In this document: positions 40,691 through 49,983 of the stretch, piece by piece
How the letters are laid out: each line of letters begins with the position of its first letter
Position numbering within the stretch: position 1 is the first letter of the stretch
Origin: Spirochaetia bacterium
GTDB lineage: Bacteria > Spirochaetota > Spirochaetia > UBA9216
DNA length: 64,000 bases
Direction of reading: 5' to 3'
NCBI GenBank assembly: GCA_965140585.1
Contig: OZ223269.1
Coordinates: 1,243,981-1,307,980 of the forward strand
Position numbers and translations under genes: made by a program
Notes under the pieces: model-generated
What the model was told of the DNA's origin: nothing
Seen by the model: only the letters and a program-made list of their open reading frames with translations
The model's database searches: none

Positions 40691-42188
40691 GAGCAGTCTC
40701 TTCCTTTACAATTTTCCGCAATTCTGCAGCGGAAATCCTTTTCAATTCAGGTTCTCTTCCCCGCTGGGTTATCTGCTCTTCTTCAAGCTTTAATACATCC
40801 GCAAGAACCTTTTTTACCCGGGGCCCGCAGAAATTTCCCTGACAACGCCCCTGTCCGGCTCTTGTTCTTCGTTTGACACCGTCAATGGTCGTGACAGGGA
40901 TGCTTCTGCTAACTGCATCCTCAATACGGCATAAGGGCACCTGTTCGCATCTGCATATGAGTTTTTCAGGATCATCATCTGCGAACTGTATCCTTTTGCT
41001 GACATCATCATGTGGAAGATTAAGCACTTCCCCGACAATAGGCTTCCTGTAAGGATTAAATCCTGTGTTGCTCTCTGAAGATAGTCCCATTTTTTTCAAT
41101 TTTTCAACTACTTCTGCAGCTATGGCCGGAGATGAGGTAAGTCCCGGCGATTCAATACCGCACAGGTGAACAAAGCCCTTTCTGCTTTCAATAATAAAAT
41201 CGCCTGATGAAGATTTGGGACGTACCCCGGCAAAGGTATTAATTGCTTTTTTCATATCAAGTCCGGGAATGCTTTTCTCTGCTCCGGTAATTACTTCAAT
41301 CAGCGATTCCCTGTCTGTTGAAGTATCATCAGCATCATCCTGAGATCTGGCATCCGGACCAATCATGATATTTCCGTACACGGTCCGGGTTACAAGGATT
41401 CCCTTTCCCTTTGATTTCTGATCTTCATCGGGTATCTGAAAAAGGATATGGTTAATATGCTGCGGCGTATTCCTATCCAGAATAATGTATTCACCCTTTA
41501 CAGCCTTAATTTTACTGTCCTTAAAACCTGCAGCCATTCCAAGACTGTTGCTTCCATGCCCAGCAGAGTTTACGATGAACCGTGTTAGAAACGCTCCTGA
41601 TGCGGTTTTCAGACGCCAAATCTTATCTGCGTCATCATAGAAAACATCTAAAACCTCACATTCAAGCTTCAGCTCAACACCGTTGTCAACAGTGTTCTCC
41701 CATAGGGCAATACCATATTCATAGGGAATGATACGGCCTGCATCGGGACAGTAAAGTGCGGAAATAACTTCATCACTTAGTTCCGGTTCAATTTCTTTGA
41801 GTTTCTCAGCAGATAGAATTTCATATGCCGGAGTCTCTGCTTCGGCTGCGAGCCAGTTTTCCCGGCCCTGCTTTAGATCATTTAGTGCAGTTTTTTCATT
41901 CTCTTCAGTATATGATAAAACAAGAGCCCCTGCTTTCTGATATGTAAATCCGAGCTGTCTGCTTAATTCTGTAAAATGTAAATTACCAATGGCACTCATC
42001 CTGCCCTTCAAAGTTCCGGATGGAACAAGTGCAGGTGAATGAATTATTCCTGTATTAGCCTTTGAGGTACCGCAGCATACGTCGGATTCTTTTTCAAAGG
42101 CAAGGATATTAAGTTTTAGTTTTGAAAGTTCACGCGCAACAGCGCCGCCGACCACTCCGGCTCCAATAATTATTACATCATAGATCAT
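40683..42188 (-). CDS. FAD-dependent oxidoreductase with BFD-like [2Fe-2S] domain (GlpA/LhgO-like)
   Basis: IIGAGVVG, TSKANTG, GIESPGLT, ICRCE...KRRTRAGQGRCQGNFC. Confidence 0.88.
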   Translation of the reverse strand: MIYDVIIIGAGVVGGAVARELSKLKLNILAFEKESDVCCGTSKANTGIIHSPALVPSGTLKGRMSAIGNLHFTELSRQLGFTYQKAGALVLSYTEENEKTALNDLKQGRENWLAAEAETPAYEILSAEKLKEIEPELSDEVISALYCPDAGRIIPYEYGIALWENTVDNGVELKLECEVLDVFYDDADKIWRLKTASGAFLTRFIVNSAGHGSNSLGMAAGFKDSKIKAVKGEYIILDRNTPQHINHILFQIPDEDQKSKGKGILVTRTVYGNIMIGPDARSQDDADDTSTDRESLIEVITGAEKSIPGLDMKKAINTFAGVRPKSSSGDFIIESRKGFVHLCGIESPGLTSSPAIAAEVVEKLKKMGLSSESNTGFNPYRKPIVGEVLNLPHDDVSKRIQFADDDPEKLICRCEQVPLCRIEDAVSRSIPVTTIDGVKRRTRAGQGRCQGNFCGPRVKKVLADVLKLEEEQITQRGREPELKRISAAELRKIVKEETALE

Positions 42189-42220
42189 GCCGGTATAATA
42201 TCAAATGTTAAAATATGATA

Positions 42221-43306
42221 CTACTGCAGAGCCCTCACAGAATCTTCAAGTGCGAAAAGTGTACAGCCCCCGCTGTGTTCCTGTGTAAGCAGTCCGCAAT
42301 CACGTATCCGTGTAAACAGGGGTGATTCAAGGGCTCCGGGAAGACCGGTCTGCAGCACATTGGTATCCGAGAACGGCGAAAACGGACAGGGTTCAGCCCC
42401 GCCTCTTGAGTTGATGTGAAAAAAGCCCCTTCCTGCTGCCAGGCACCCTCCTGTTGTCTTTTCATCGCCCGGGAAGCTTACAAACATCATCCCGGAAATA
42501 TCTGTTCTAAGCGAATTTACCCTGTACTCAAGCATATCCCGTTCTTCATCACTGAGTTCCAGACCATCATCACCTCCTGCTACAGGAACGTACTCTACAT
42601 AAAACGCAAGACTGCATCCGGTAGATTTGAGTTTCTGTGCGAAAGCATCATCGGTAATATCGTGCATATTCTTTTTGGTGACGGTAAGTGAAGTTCCGAA
42701 GAATATTCCGTTCTTTTCCAGATTCTTCATGGCTTCGAAAACTTGTTCATATACCCCTAAGCCACGGCGCAGATCTGTTGCTTCTGCAGCTCCTTCAAGA
42801 CTAAGAACAGGAATAATATTTCTGTTCTTTCGAAACAGTTCAATATAATCTTCATCAATCAGAGTTCCATTAGTAAAAACCGGGAAAATTGTCCTTTTAT
42901 TTGATGCTGCTTTTTTAATTATATCTCTGCGGATTAGAGGTTCACCGCCGGCCAGAAGAATAAAGCTTATACCGGCCTTCTCTGCCTGCAGGAAAATATT
43001 CTGCCATTCATCTGCCGAAAGATCATCCACATTTGCATCGTCTCCGCATGAATGGTTTTCCCTTGCATAGCATCCCACACATCTGAGGTTACAGCTTGAA
43101 GTAATGCTGGCTATAAGAAAGGGCGGAATATGAAATCCTGCTTCTGCGGCCTTTTCTCTTTTTAAGGCCGCTTTTTTAGCTGAAACGGCAAAACCCGTCA
43201 GGAAGGCTGTCTGAAAAGGGTTTATTATGCTGGCTTTTAAAGCAGAAGCAACAAGCTCCTTTACGCCGTTTGAGAGATACTGATCAAGGTTGAAATTTTT
43301 ACTCAC
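42221..43306 (-). CDS. Radical SAM protein with twitch/SPASM-like extension
   Basis: CNLRCVGC, GGEPL, FTNG, CLAAG...EPCPF; GTG 43306 after AGGA. Confidence 0.88.
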   Translation of the reverse strand: MSKNFNLDQYLSNGVKELVASALKASIINPFQTAFLTGFAVSAKKAALKREKAAEAGFHIPPFLIASITSSCNLRCVGCYARENHSCGDDANVDDLSADEWQNIFLQAEKAGISFILLAGGEPLIRRDIIKKAASNKRTIFPVFTNGTLIDEDYIELFRKNRNIIPVLSLEGAAEATDLRRGLGVYEQVFEAMKNLEKNGIFFGTSLTVTKKNMHDITDDAFAQKLKSTGCSLAFYVEYVPVAGGDDGLELSDEERDMLEYRVNSLRTDISGMMFVSFPGDEKTTGGCLAAGRGFFHINSRGGAEPCPFSPFSDTNVLQTGLPGALESPLFTRIRDCGLLTQEHSGGCTLFALEDSVRALQ

Positions 43307-43450
43307 TTCCACGTCCTGTATTGATTTTATTATTAAACACAACTTTCTGTATATATTGATACTCTCAAGACAGAATTTTATTCATTATATAAAGTAATTT
43401 TAATCAGGATATCGATCCAATAATTTAATACTGTTAAAATAGAATTAAAT

Positions 43451-44251
43451 ATGGCTTCAAAAAAAAAGATTACATTCGATGACTACTATGAATCACTATA
43501 CTCAGTTCGCTGGCCTGCTCTTAAATCAGCTCTGATTGAAGGATCTTCCGGCTTTGCCCTCTCTGCGGGACTTCTGCAGCCCTACTTTCTTGACAAAGCC
43601 TCCGCTGCAGCGGCCCTCGCCCTCGGCGTAAAAGAGGATGATACCGTCCTTGATATGTGTGCAGCCCCCGGAGGCAAAACACTTGTGATGGCGCTTGCCC
43701 TAAAAGGAACCGGACTGCTTGTATCAAACGATCGCTCCTCGGACCGGCGCAGAAGACTTAAGGATGTGATAGAAAGACATCTTCCTGCAGACTGGAGAAG
43801 CAATATAAACGTGACCGGTCATGATTCTTCAAAATGGGGACTATTTGAACAGGATGTGTATGACCGGATACTGCTGGATGCTCCCTGTTCTTCTGAATCC
43901 CATGTTCTTAACTCTCCCACTCACCTGGATAAATGGACTCCGAACAGGTCAAAACAGCTCGCAGTTCAAGCTCATGCCATGCTGGCCTCTGCCGTCCAGG
44001 CATTAAAACCCGGAGGAAGGCTTATTTACAGTACCTGTGCCCTTTCTCCGCTCGAAAACGATGGTGTCATCGAGAAGCTCCTGAAAAAGCGATCATCCAT
44101 AGTTGATATCGTTACTGCAGATATTGCTCAGGAGCTGGAGCTTGATGCCGAATCGACAGAGTACGGTAAACATATACTTCCAGACAGGAATTCCGGTTAC
44201 GGTCCGATCTTTATGGCAGCACTTGTTAAAAAGCAGGTCAGCAGTTTATAA
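43451..44251 (+). CDS. RsmB/RsmF-family RNA m5C methyltransferase
   Basis: DMCAAPGGKT, LLDAPCS, YSTC. Confidence 0.9.
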   Translation: MASKKKITFDDYYESLYSVRWPALKSALIEGSSGFALSAGLLQPYFLDKASAAAALALGVKEDDTVLDMCAAPGGKTLVMALALKGTGLLVSNDRSSDRRRRLKDVIERHLPADWRSNINVTGHDSSKWGLFEQDVYDRILLDAPCSSESHVLNSPTHLDKWTPNRSKQLAVQAHAMLASAVQALKPGGRLIYSTCALSPLENDGVIEKLLKKRSSIVDIVTADIAQELELDAESTEYGKHILPDRNSGYGPIFMAALVKKQVSSL

Positions 44252-44292
44252 TTTTTCTGTTCAATACTGAAGCTTTCTGATATTATTTCGGC

Positions 44293-45465
44293 ATGAATAA
44301 GACAGTTGCAGTATTACAGTGTACAAAATATGACGCCGATCTGATTTACGGAGTTATCAGGGAAGCCTTCGAATTATCCGGGGGTACAGAGGTCCTTGAT
44401 GTATCAGGACAGACCGTTCTTCTTAAACCTAATGTCCTTTCAGATTCAGAGACATCTAAAGCCGTCACAACGCATCCGGAATTCCTGAGAGCAGTTATTA
44501 GGCTTATCAAGGAACTTGGTGCAGCTAAAATATATGTCGGAGATTCCCCGGGATTTCAGAAACCCGGATTCAAAGGAAAAAAATGCGGTCTATGGGATAT
44601 CTGTGCCGAAGAGGGCGCTGAATGGTATGACTTTACAGCTGCCACAGTTGTAAGAAAGATCCCGGAAGGACGGGCGGTAAACCAGTTTGTACTTAGTGAT
44701 ATTGTGGACAAGGTTGACAAGATAATAAGCCTTCCCAAGATGAAGACGCATCAGCTGATGTATTTTACCGGTGCCATAAAAAACCAGTTCGGAGTTCTTC
44801 CCGGGCTGACTAAAAGCCCCTACCACATGATGTTTCCGGGACGTGCCGGATTTGCAAAAATGCTTGTGGACCTGCACCAGACAGTCAATCCTGATTATGC
44901 TTTTATGGACGGTATTACTGCGATGGAAGGGCCCGGACCGGGCAACGGTTATCCGAGAAACGTGGGACTGATACTGGCATCATCAAACCTTCTGGCACTT
45001 GATATAACTGCGTGCCGTATAGTCGGCTATGATCCTGACATTATTCCTGTAAACAGGGAAGCAATTGACAGAGGCTTATGGATTGAATCTACAAATGATC
45101 TGACAGTTAAAGGCTGTAATCTTGATGATGTCAGGATTCCGGATTTTAAAAAAATCAAACTTACCGGCAGTACAAGCCAGCTAATTGAATTCCTCACACC
45201 CTCGTTTATAAGAAATATAATGAGTTCAATGACCCCCCGGCCGGTGTTCAGGGAAAAGGCCTGTATCAGATGCGGCGAATGCGTAAAGATCTGCCCGGCA
45301 AAGGCACTTGAACTAAAGGAGACGGCCGGAATACAGCCCAAGTTTAAAAATATGGTGAATATTGATTACAGCAAGTGCATCCGCTGCTTCTGCTGTCATG
45401 AGGTTTGCCCTGCCGATGCAATAGCAGTAAAAAAAGCACCTTTTTCAAAGGGAATTATATTCTAA
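44293..45465 (+). CDS. DUF362 protein with C-terminal 2x[4Fe-4S] ferredoxin
   Basis: LLKPN, TTHP, PKMKTH, GAIKN, MEGPGP; CIRCGECVKICP, CIRCFCCHEVCP. Confidence 0.9.
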   Translation: MNKTVAVLQCTKYDADLIYGVIREAFELSGGTEVLDVSGQTVLLKPNVLSDSETSKAVTTHPEFLRAVIRLIKELGAAKIYVGDSPGFQKPGFKGKKCGLWDICAEEGAEWYDFTAATVVRKIPEGRAVNQFVLSDIVDKVDKIISLPKMKTHQLMYFTGAIKNQFGVLPGLTKSPYHMMFPGRAGFAKMLVDLHQTVNPDYAFMDGITAMEGPGPGNGYPRNVGLILASSNLLALDITACRIVGYDPDIIPVNREAIDRGLWIESTNDLTVKGCNLDDVRIPDFKKIKLTGSTSQLIEFLTPSFIRNIMSSMTPRPVFREKACIRCGECVKICPAKALELKETAGIQPKFKNMVNIDYSKCIRCFCCHEVCPADAIAVKKAPFSKGIIF

Positions 45466-45532
45466 GTTATTGATCCTCATTGCTTCCTTATGTTACTTTT
45501 AATTACTTTTCAAGGTAACATAAGGAGCAGAT

Positions 45533-45886
45533 ATGAATTTTAAATTTCATGAGACAAAATCAGGTAAGATATCAGAATTGATAGAAAACTCATATAAACT
45601 TGAAGATACATCAGATATCCTTGATGTAATCGCCAATGCATCTTCGAGAACTGTTCTCCTGCATAAGAGTTCAGTTAATCCGGATTTCTTTAATCTATCA
45701 AGCAGGTTTGCCGGTGAAGTTCTTCAGAAGGTGAGCAACTATAACTTCAGACTCGGAATAATCGGTGATTTAAGCGAATATTCTGCCTCAAGCAAAAGCC
45801 TCAGAGATTTTATATATGAAAGCAATCGAACCGGACAGGTAATTTTTACTGAGAACGTAGAAGCTGCTCTGAAAATATTTGGATAG
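45533..45886 (+). CDS. DUF4180 protein
   Basis: DFFNLSSRFAGEVLQK..NY, IIGD, SKSLRDFIYESN. Confidence 0.88.
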   Translation: MNFKFHETKSGKISELIENSYKLEDTSDILDVIANASSRTVLLHKSSVNPDFFNLSSRFAGEVLQKVSNYNFRLGIIGDLSEYSASSKSLRDFIYESNRTGQVIFTENVEAALKIFG

Positions 45887-45887
45887 T

Positions 45888-46643
45888 TCAGAACTTACCA
45901 GAGAAAAGATTCCTAATCAGGCTGCAGTATATTTCGGGGTTCATAAGACTTAATTCACCGTGTTTCATACCCCCAATAATTTTAAGCCTGCTTTGTTCAG
46001 GTAAAAGATCATGAAGCCTTTGTGCTGATTTTTTCATAAGTGGTATTTCGTTTCCCCCGGCAATTATCAGTACACGGGCTTTTGTTTCTTTAAGTCCGGG
46101 CTTAATACTGTAGGTTCCATTACTGAGCGTAATATTAAGAAGAGAAGCTTTCGATATCTTACTGCTGTCTTCAAAATATGTTTCAAACATATCATCAGGC
46201 ACGAATAGAGATTTGGACTGAAGCCGCGCGTACCATTTCTTCTTTATCAGGGGATATGATATGGAAACCATCGGTATAAGGAGAGTCTTAAGAAATTTTA
46301 TCGGGTATAAGAGCGCACTTTCAATGACGGCGTATTCACAGATATCAGCTCTTAATGAAAGAATTTCAACTGCAATCTGAGCACCGATAGAAAGACCGCA
46401 TATGCAGAAAATCTTACCGCCTTCGGTTGTATCAATGTATTCCATTGCCCGAAAAGCGGAATCTTCAATGCTTATAAAGGTTTCACTGCTGTCCTCACCG
46501 TGACCGTCAATTACAGCAGTAATTATGCGGTAGTCTGATTCAAGATTCCTCAGAAGAGGCTTTAGAGACCACCATGACAATCCGCCGCCGTGAAACATCA
46601 GTATAATCGGCTTCCCTGTTGTACCGAACTCTTTAAACACCAT
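45888..46643 (-). CDS. Alpha/beta hydrolase
   Basis: HGGG, DGHG, GLSIG nucleophile elbow, late HG. Confidence 0.88.
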   Translation of the reverse strand: MVFKEFGTTGKPIILMFHGGGLSWWSLKPLLRNLESDYRIITAVIDGHGEDSSETFISIEDSAFRAMEYIDTTEGGKIFCICGLSIGAQIAVEILSLRADICEYAVIESALLYPIKFLKTLLIPMVSISYPLIKKKWYARLQSKSLFVPDDMFETYFEDSSKISKASLLNITLSNGTYSIKPGLKETKARVLIIAGGNEIPLMKKSAQRLHDLLPEQSRLKIIGGMKHGELSLMNPEIYCSLIRNLFSGKF

Positions 46644-46648
46644 ATTGA

Positions 46649-48079
46649 TTACTCCGACTTGGTAATCTCTTCAGGATACCAGATGCTGGACTTGTGTTTG
46701 TAAGTCCTTTTACCGGCAAAGCGAATAAAAAATATTCCTGTGAAAATAAGATAGGCAACATTTACCAGCACAGCCAGCCAGAACCATTTATAATCACCGC
46801 TTGTATAGGTGTGTAAGGGTAAATTCATTGTTAGGACATATGGAATAGCAAGGGCAAAAGTGATCCCGGCCGAATATGTGTAATCAGTTGCCACAGGTGA
46901 TTCAAAATCAGGGTCGACGACTCTGAGCAGTGCGAGTCCGGTTGAAAGTGTACCTGTGGAAACCCCGAAAACAAGCAGACTGCGGAGAAAACGATGATCT
47001 GAAAAAACTCTTGATGAATACCAGAAGGTTGTGAATGCAGTGACAAGACCGCCGACAATAGCAATTGTCAGAATAGGAAGCCAGAAGTTTTTAATTACAA
47101 TAATGGATATAGCCGCTATAGCACTTGCTACCATCAAATCAACAAACAATCCTGTCAGTCTGTTCATAGTAAGATTATCAATAATATGCTGATGGTCTGT
47201 AACTTTAAGAATCTGCCGCAGAAGCAGGCCCATAAGTGCTGCAAAAATAAAACTCAACCCCCAGAATGTTTCAGCAAGCTGTTCACCTGCCGGACCTATA
47301 AAACTCAGTAGGAAGTCCAGACCGGTTAAAACCAGATAAGCCATAAAATAACCCAGAATTACAATAATGCTGTTTATGGTTAAGGTGTCTATGGCTTCGT
47401 TTTCTGTTGTCTGGAAGGAGCCGGGCTGCAGTTCCTCTCCTTTTGGAATAATTCCGCTTAAAACGCTTTTCTTTTTGAAGAATTTTATCTCTTCCTTGGA
47501 TATCCACCTATTTTTAATTCCGTAATGTATTATGAAGATACCGCCGAAACTGCAAATTATAAATCCAATGGCAGCAAAAGTAAGACCGATGCTGCCTGCC
47601 CCTTCAACACCGAATGATGACCAGCTCGTACCTATGGAATAAGCCTGCCCCGGCCCCTGAGCAAACCCCAGAGGAAGCAAGTAACCGAAGCTGTGAAATA
47701 GATTAGGATACATCGTTTTAATAAATACAAAGGTGAGAATAAGACCGATAAATCCCTGAACACCGAACTGAAAAAGTATTGAAAGCGTTGTACCGAATAT
47801 CCGGCCCTTTCCAGGTTTCTTTCTCGGCAGAGCCTTAAGCGAAAGAGCGACAAATGAAAGGCTGAGCAGGTGGTATGCAAGTTCACCAAGATCAACCGAG
47901 GAGATCCCAAGTCTTGGAAAAACAAAATTATATAAGGGCAGCAGAATAAATCCAGCCAGCAATGAATTAGGAATCAGGAATCGCTGAAAGAATCTAACCT
48001 TCGCGCGTATCACTGTCGCAAGAATAAGTCCACAGGAAATGATGCCAAGATTTATGAATATAGTCCACTGATAGTTCAT
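46649..48079 (-). CDS. gltS: Sodium/glutamate symporter (GltS family)
   Basis: IPNSLLAG, GFAQGPGQA, GLTFAAIG, STGLALLRVVDP. Confidence 0.8.
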   Translation of the reverse strand: MNYQWTIFINLGIISCGLILATVIRAKVRFFQRFLIPNSLLAGFILLPLYNFVFPRLGISSVDLGELAYHLLSLSFVALSLKALPRKKPGKGRIFGTTLSILFQFGVQGFIGLILTFVFIKTMYPNLFHSFGYLLPLGFAQGPGQAYSIGTSWSSFGVEGAGSIGLTFAAIGFIICSFGGIFIIHYGIKNRWISKEEIKFFKKKSVLSGIIPKGEELQPGSFQTTENEAIDTLTINSIIVILGYFMAYLVLTGLDFLLSFIGPAGEQLAETFWGLSFIFAALMGLLLRQILKVTDHQHIIDNLTMNRLTGLFVDLMVASAIAAISIIVIKNFWLPILTIAIVGGLVTAFTTFWYSSRVFSDHRFLRSLLVFGVSTGTLSTGLALLRVVDPDFESPVATDYTYSAGITFALAIPYVLTMNLPLHTYTSGDYKWFWLAVLVNVAYLIFTGIFFIRFAGKRTYKHKSSIWYPEEITKSE

Positions 48080-48171
48080 TAAATACCTCTTTGGCTATAA
48101 AGTAAAATCACTATAATTATTGTAGGGTTTTCAAATTAATGCAACTATGTTCTTAAGACAGGAGATACTCT

Positions 48172-49392
48172 ATGGGTCATAAACGCAGGATAAACTCGTA
48201 TCATGGTGTAGAAGCTGTTATCAGATTTGCACTGAAGCGGATACTTGGAAGACTGTTAAACATTGAAACATCGATGCCGCGTGAAATTGCAGAATTAAAG
48301 CCGCCCTACCTTCTTTTGGCAAATCACCAGGGGTTCTGGGATCCCTTTATTGCCGGAATGTACCTAAAAGGTTCAATTTTTTATATTACTTCCGATGCAG
48401 TATTCCGCTCACGGCTATTCGGATTTCTTCTGAAGTTTATGGGTGCTGTACCGAAAACCAAGGCACAGTCGGATATAGACGCGCTTAAAAATATTTTTGA
48501 AATAAAAGAAAGAGGCGGATCCATAGGGATATTTCCTGAAGGCCAGAGGACCTGGGACGGATGCACCCTTCCTGTTATTAAATCAACATCCAAGCTGGTA
48601 CGCATGCTTAAATTGCCTGTAGTTGTTGCAATTTTCAAGGGAGGTTTTTTCAGCCAGCCGCGCTGGGGGATGTCTATCAGAAAGGGAAAGCTCAGGGTTG
48701 ACTACCGGCTTCTTTTCGACGGTGAGGAATGTGCTTCGATGAAAATATCGGATATACATACCGCATTAACTGCTGCTCTCTCGCATGATGAAATTGATTA
48801 CCAGAAAAAGGCAAAAATCAGATTCACAGGTGACCGATACGCGGAAAATATTGAACAGTTTATCTTTTGCTGTCCCGAGTGTGAAGAAACATCAGGATTC
48901 AGCTCTGACGGCCCTGATTTTATCTGCACAAGCTGCGGAAAAAAGTGGCATATTGATGATTATCAGGATATCAGCCCTGTAAACGGTGAGAAAGGTTTCG
49001 ACAACCTCCGCGACTGGAACAGCTGGCAGATGGAACACCTTAGAAAAAGATTAGACCGTGATTATGGCACTGACAAACGTCTTCTTAAAGGAGAGAATGC
49101 GGTATTCCATACAGGATATAAAAGCCGCAGATTAAAAAAGCTCTCATCAGGAAGTCTGAATCTCTACTCTGATGCTCTGGTAATGAATGATTCTATGGGT
49201 CGTGAGGTGCTGAAAGCTCCGCTTAATGAAATAAGCGGAATCAATGTACAGAACAGGGAAGTCCTTGATTTTTATCATAAGGGAACACTATATACAGTAT
49301 CTGACAAAAAACGGCGGTTCTGCTCTTACAAATTTGTGAACGCAGTTGATTATCTGCAGAGGGAAAAGCTGAAATTGAATATTCCCACATAA
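48172..49392 (+). CDS. Lysophospholipid acyltransferase (PlsC-like) with zinc-ribbon extension
   Basis: NHQGFWD, FPEG; CPEC...CTSC. Confidence 0.85.
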   Translation: MGHKRRINSYHGVEAVIRFALKRILGRLLNIETSMPREIAELKPPYLLLANHQGFWDPFIAGMYLKGSIFYITSDAVFRSRLFGFLLKFMGAVPKTKAQSDIDALKNIFEIKERGGSIGIFPEGQRTWDGCTLPVIKSTSKLVRMLKLPVVVAIFKGGFFSQPRWGMSIRKGKLRVDYRLLFDGEECASMKISDIHTALTAALSHDEIDYQKKAKIRFTGDRYAENIEQFIFCCPECEETSGFSSDGPDFICTSCGKKWHIDDYQDISPVNGEKGFDNLRDWNSWQMEHLRKRLDRDYGTDKRLLKGENAVFHTGYKSRRLKKLSSGSLNLYSDALVMNDSMGREVLKAPLNEISGINVQNREVLDFYHKGTLYTVSDKKRRFCSYKFVNAVDYLQREKLKLNIPT

Positions 49393-49402
49393 GAGGTTTT
49401 AC

Positions 49403-49936
49403 TTGCTCGATAAAATAATGCACTTTCTTTCTGCCTGGTTTTCGAGAAACGGCGATACTACTTTCTGGTCATGGGTTATCACATTCATGTACCTTGTAAC
49501 CTTCATTTCAGCGTTGCTGTATACGATAAAGATCCGCAAGGACCGGGGCAACTTCAGATTATGGATAGTCATTACAGCATTTGTTTTTCTTTTAGGGATA
49601 AATAAACAGCTTGATGTGCAGATCCTTCTGGCAATGATATGGCGCTACATATCCCACCGGTTCCATCTTTTTGAGTACAGGTATGTTGTATATTTTTCAA
49701 TAATTCTTACGGTTGCTGTAATCTTCATCATCCTGATACTTTTTATTTTTATGAAGAACAGAAAGGCCGTGATTCATTCGCTGCTGTCTATTGCCGGAAT
49801 AATTGTACTGATGCTGTTTGTACTGATGAGGGCAAATTATGTGTACATCAGACATATTCACGCTGTAGAGCTGGCGGGTTTGGTGATGATATTTATGGAT
49901 TTGGCTGTAAAACATAGAAAAAACGAACCAATTTAA
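49403..49936 (+). CDS. Hypothetical membrane protein
   Basis: Several TM helices; LGINKQLD motif. Confidence 0.7.
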   Translation: MLDKIMHFLSAWFSRNGDTTFWSWVITFMYLVTFISALLYTIKIRKDRGNFRLWIVITAFVFLLGINKQLDVQILLAMIWRYISHRFHLFEYRYVVYFSIILTVAVIFIILILFIFMKNRKAVIHSLLSIAGIIVLMLFVLMRANYVYIRHIHAVELAGLVMIFMDLAVKHRKNEPI

Positions 49937-49983
49937 CCAATATTTTATTGTCATTTTATTATTACCCGGGTATTAATGGTTTT

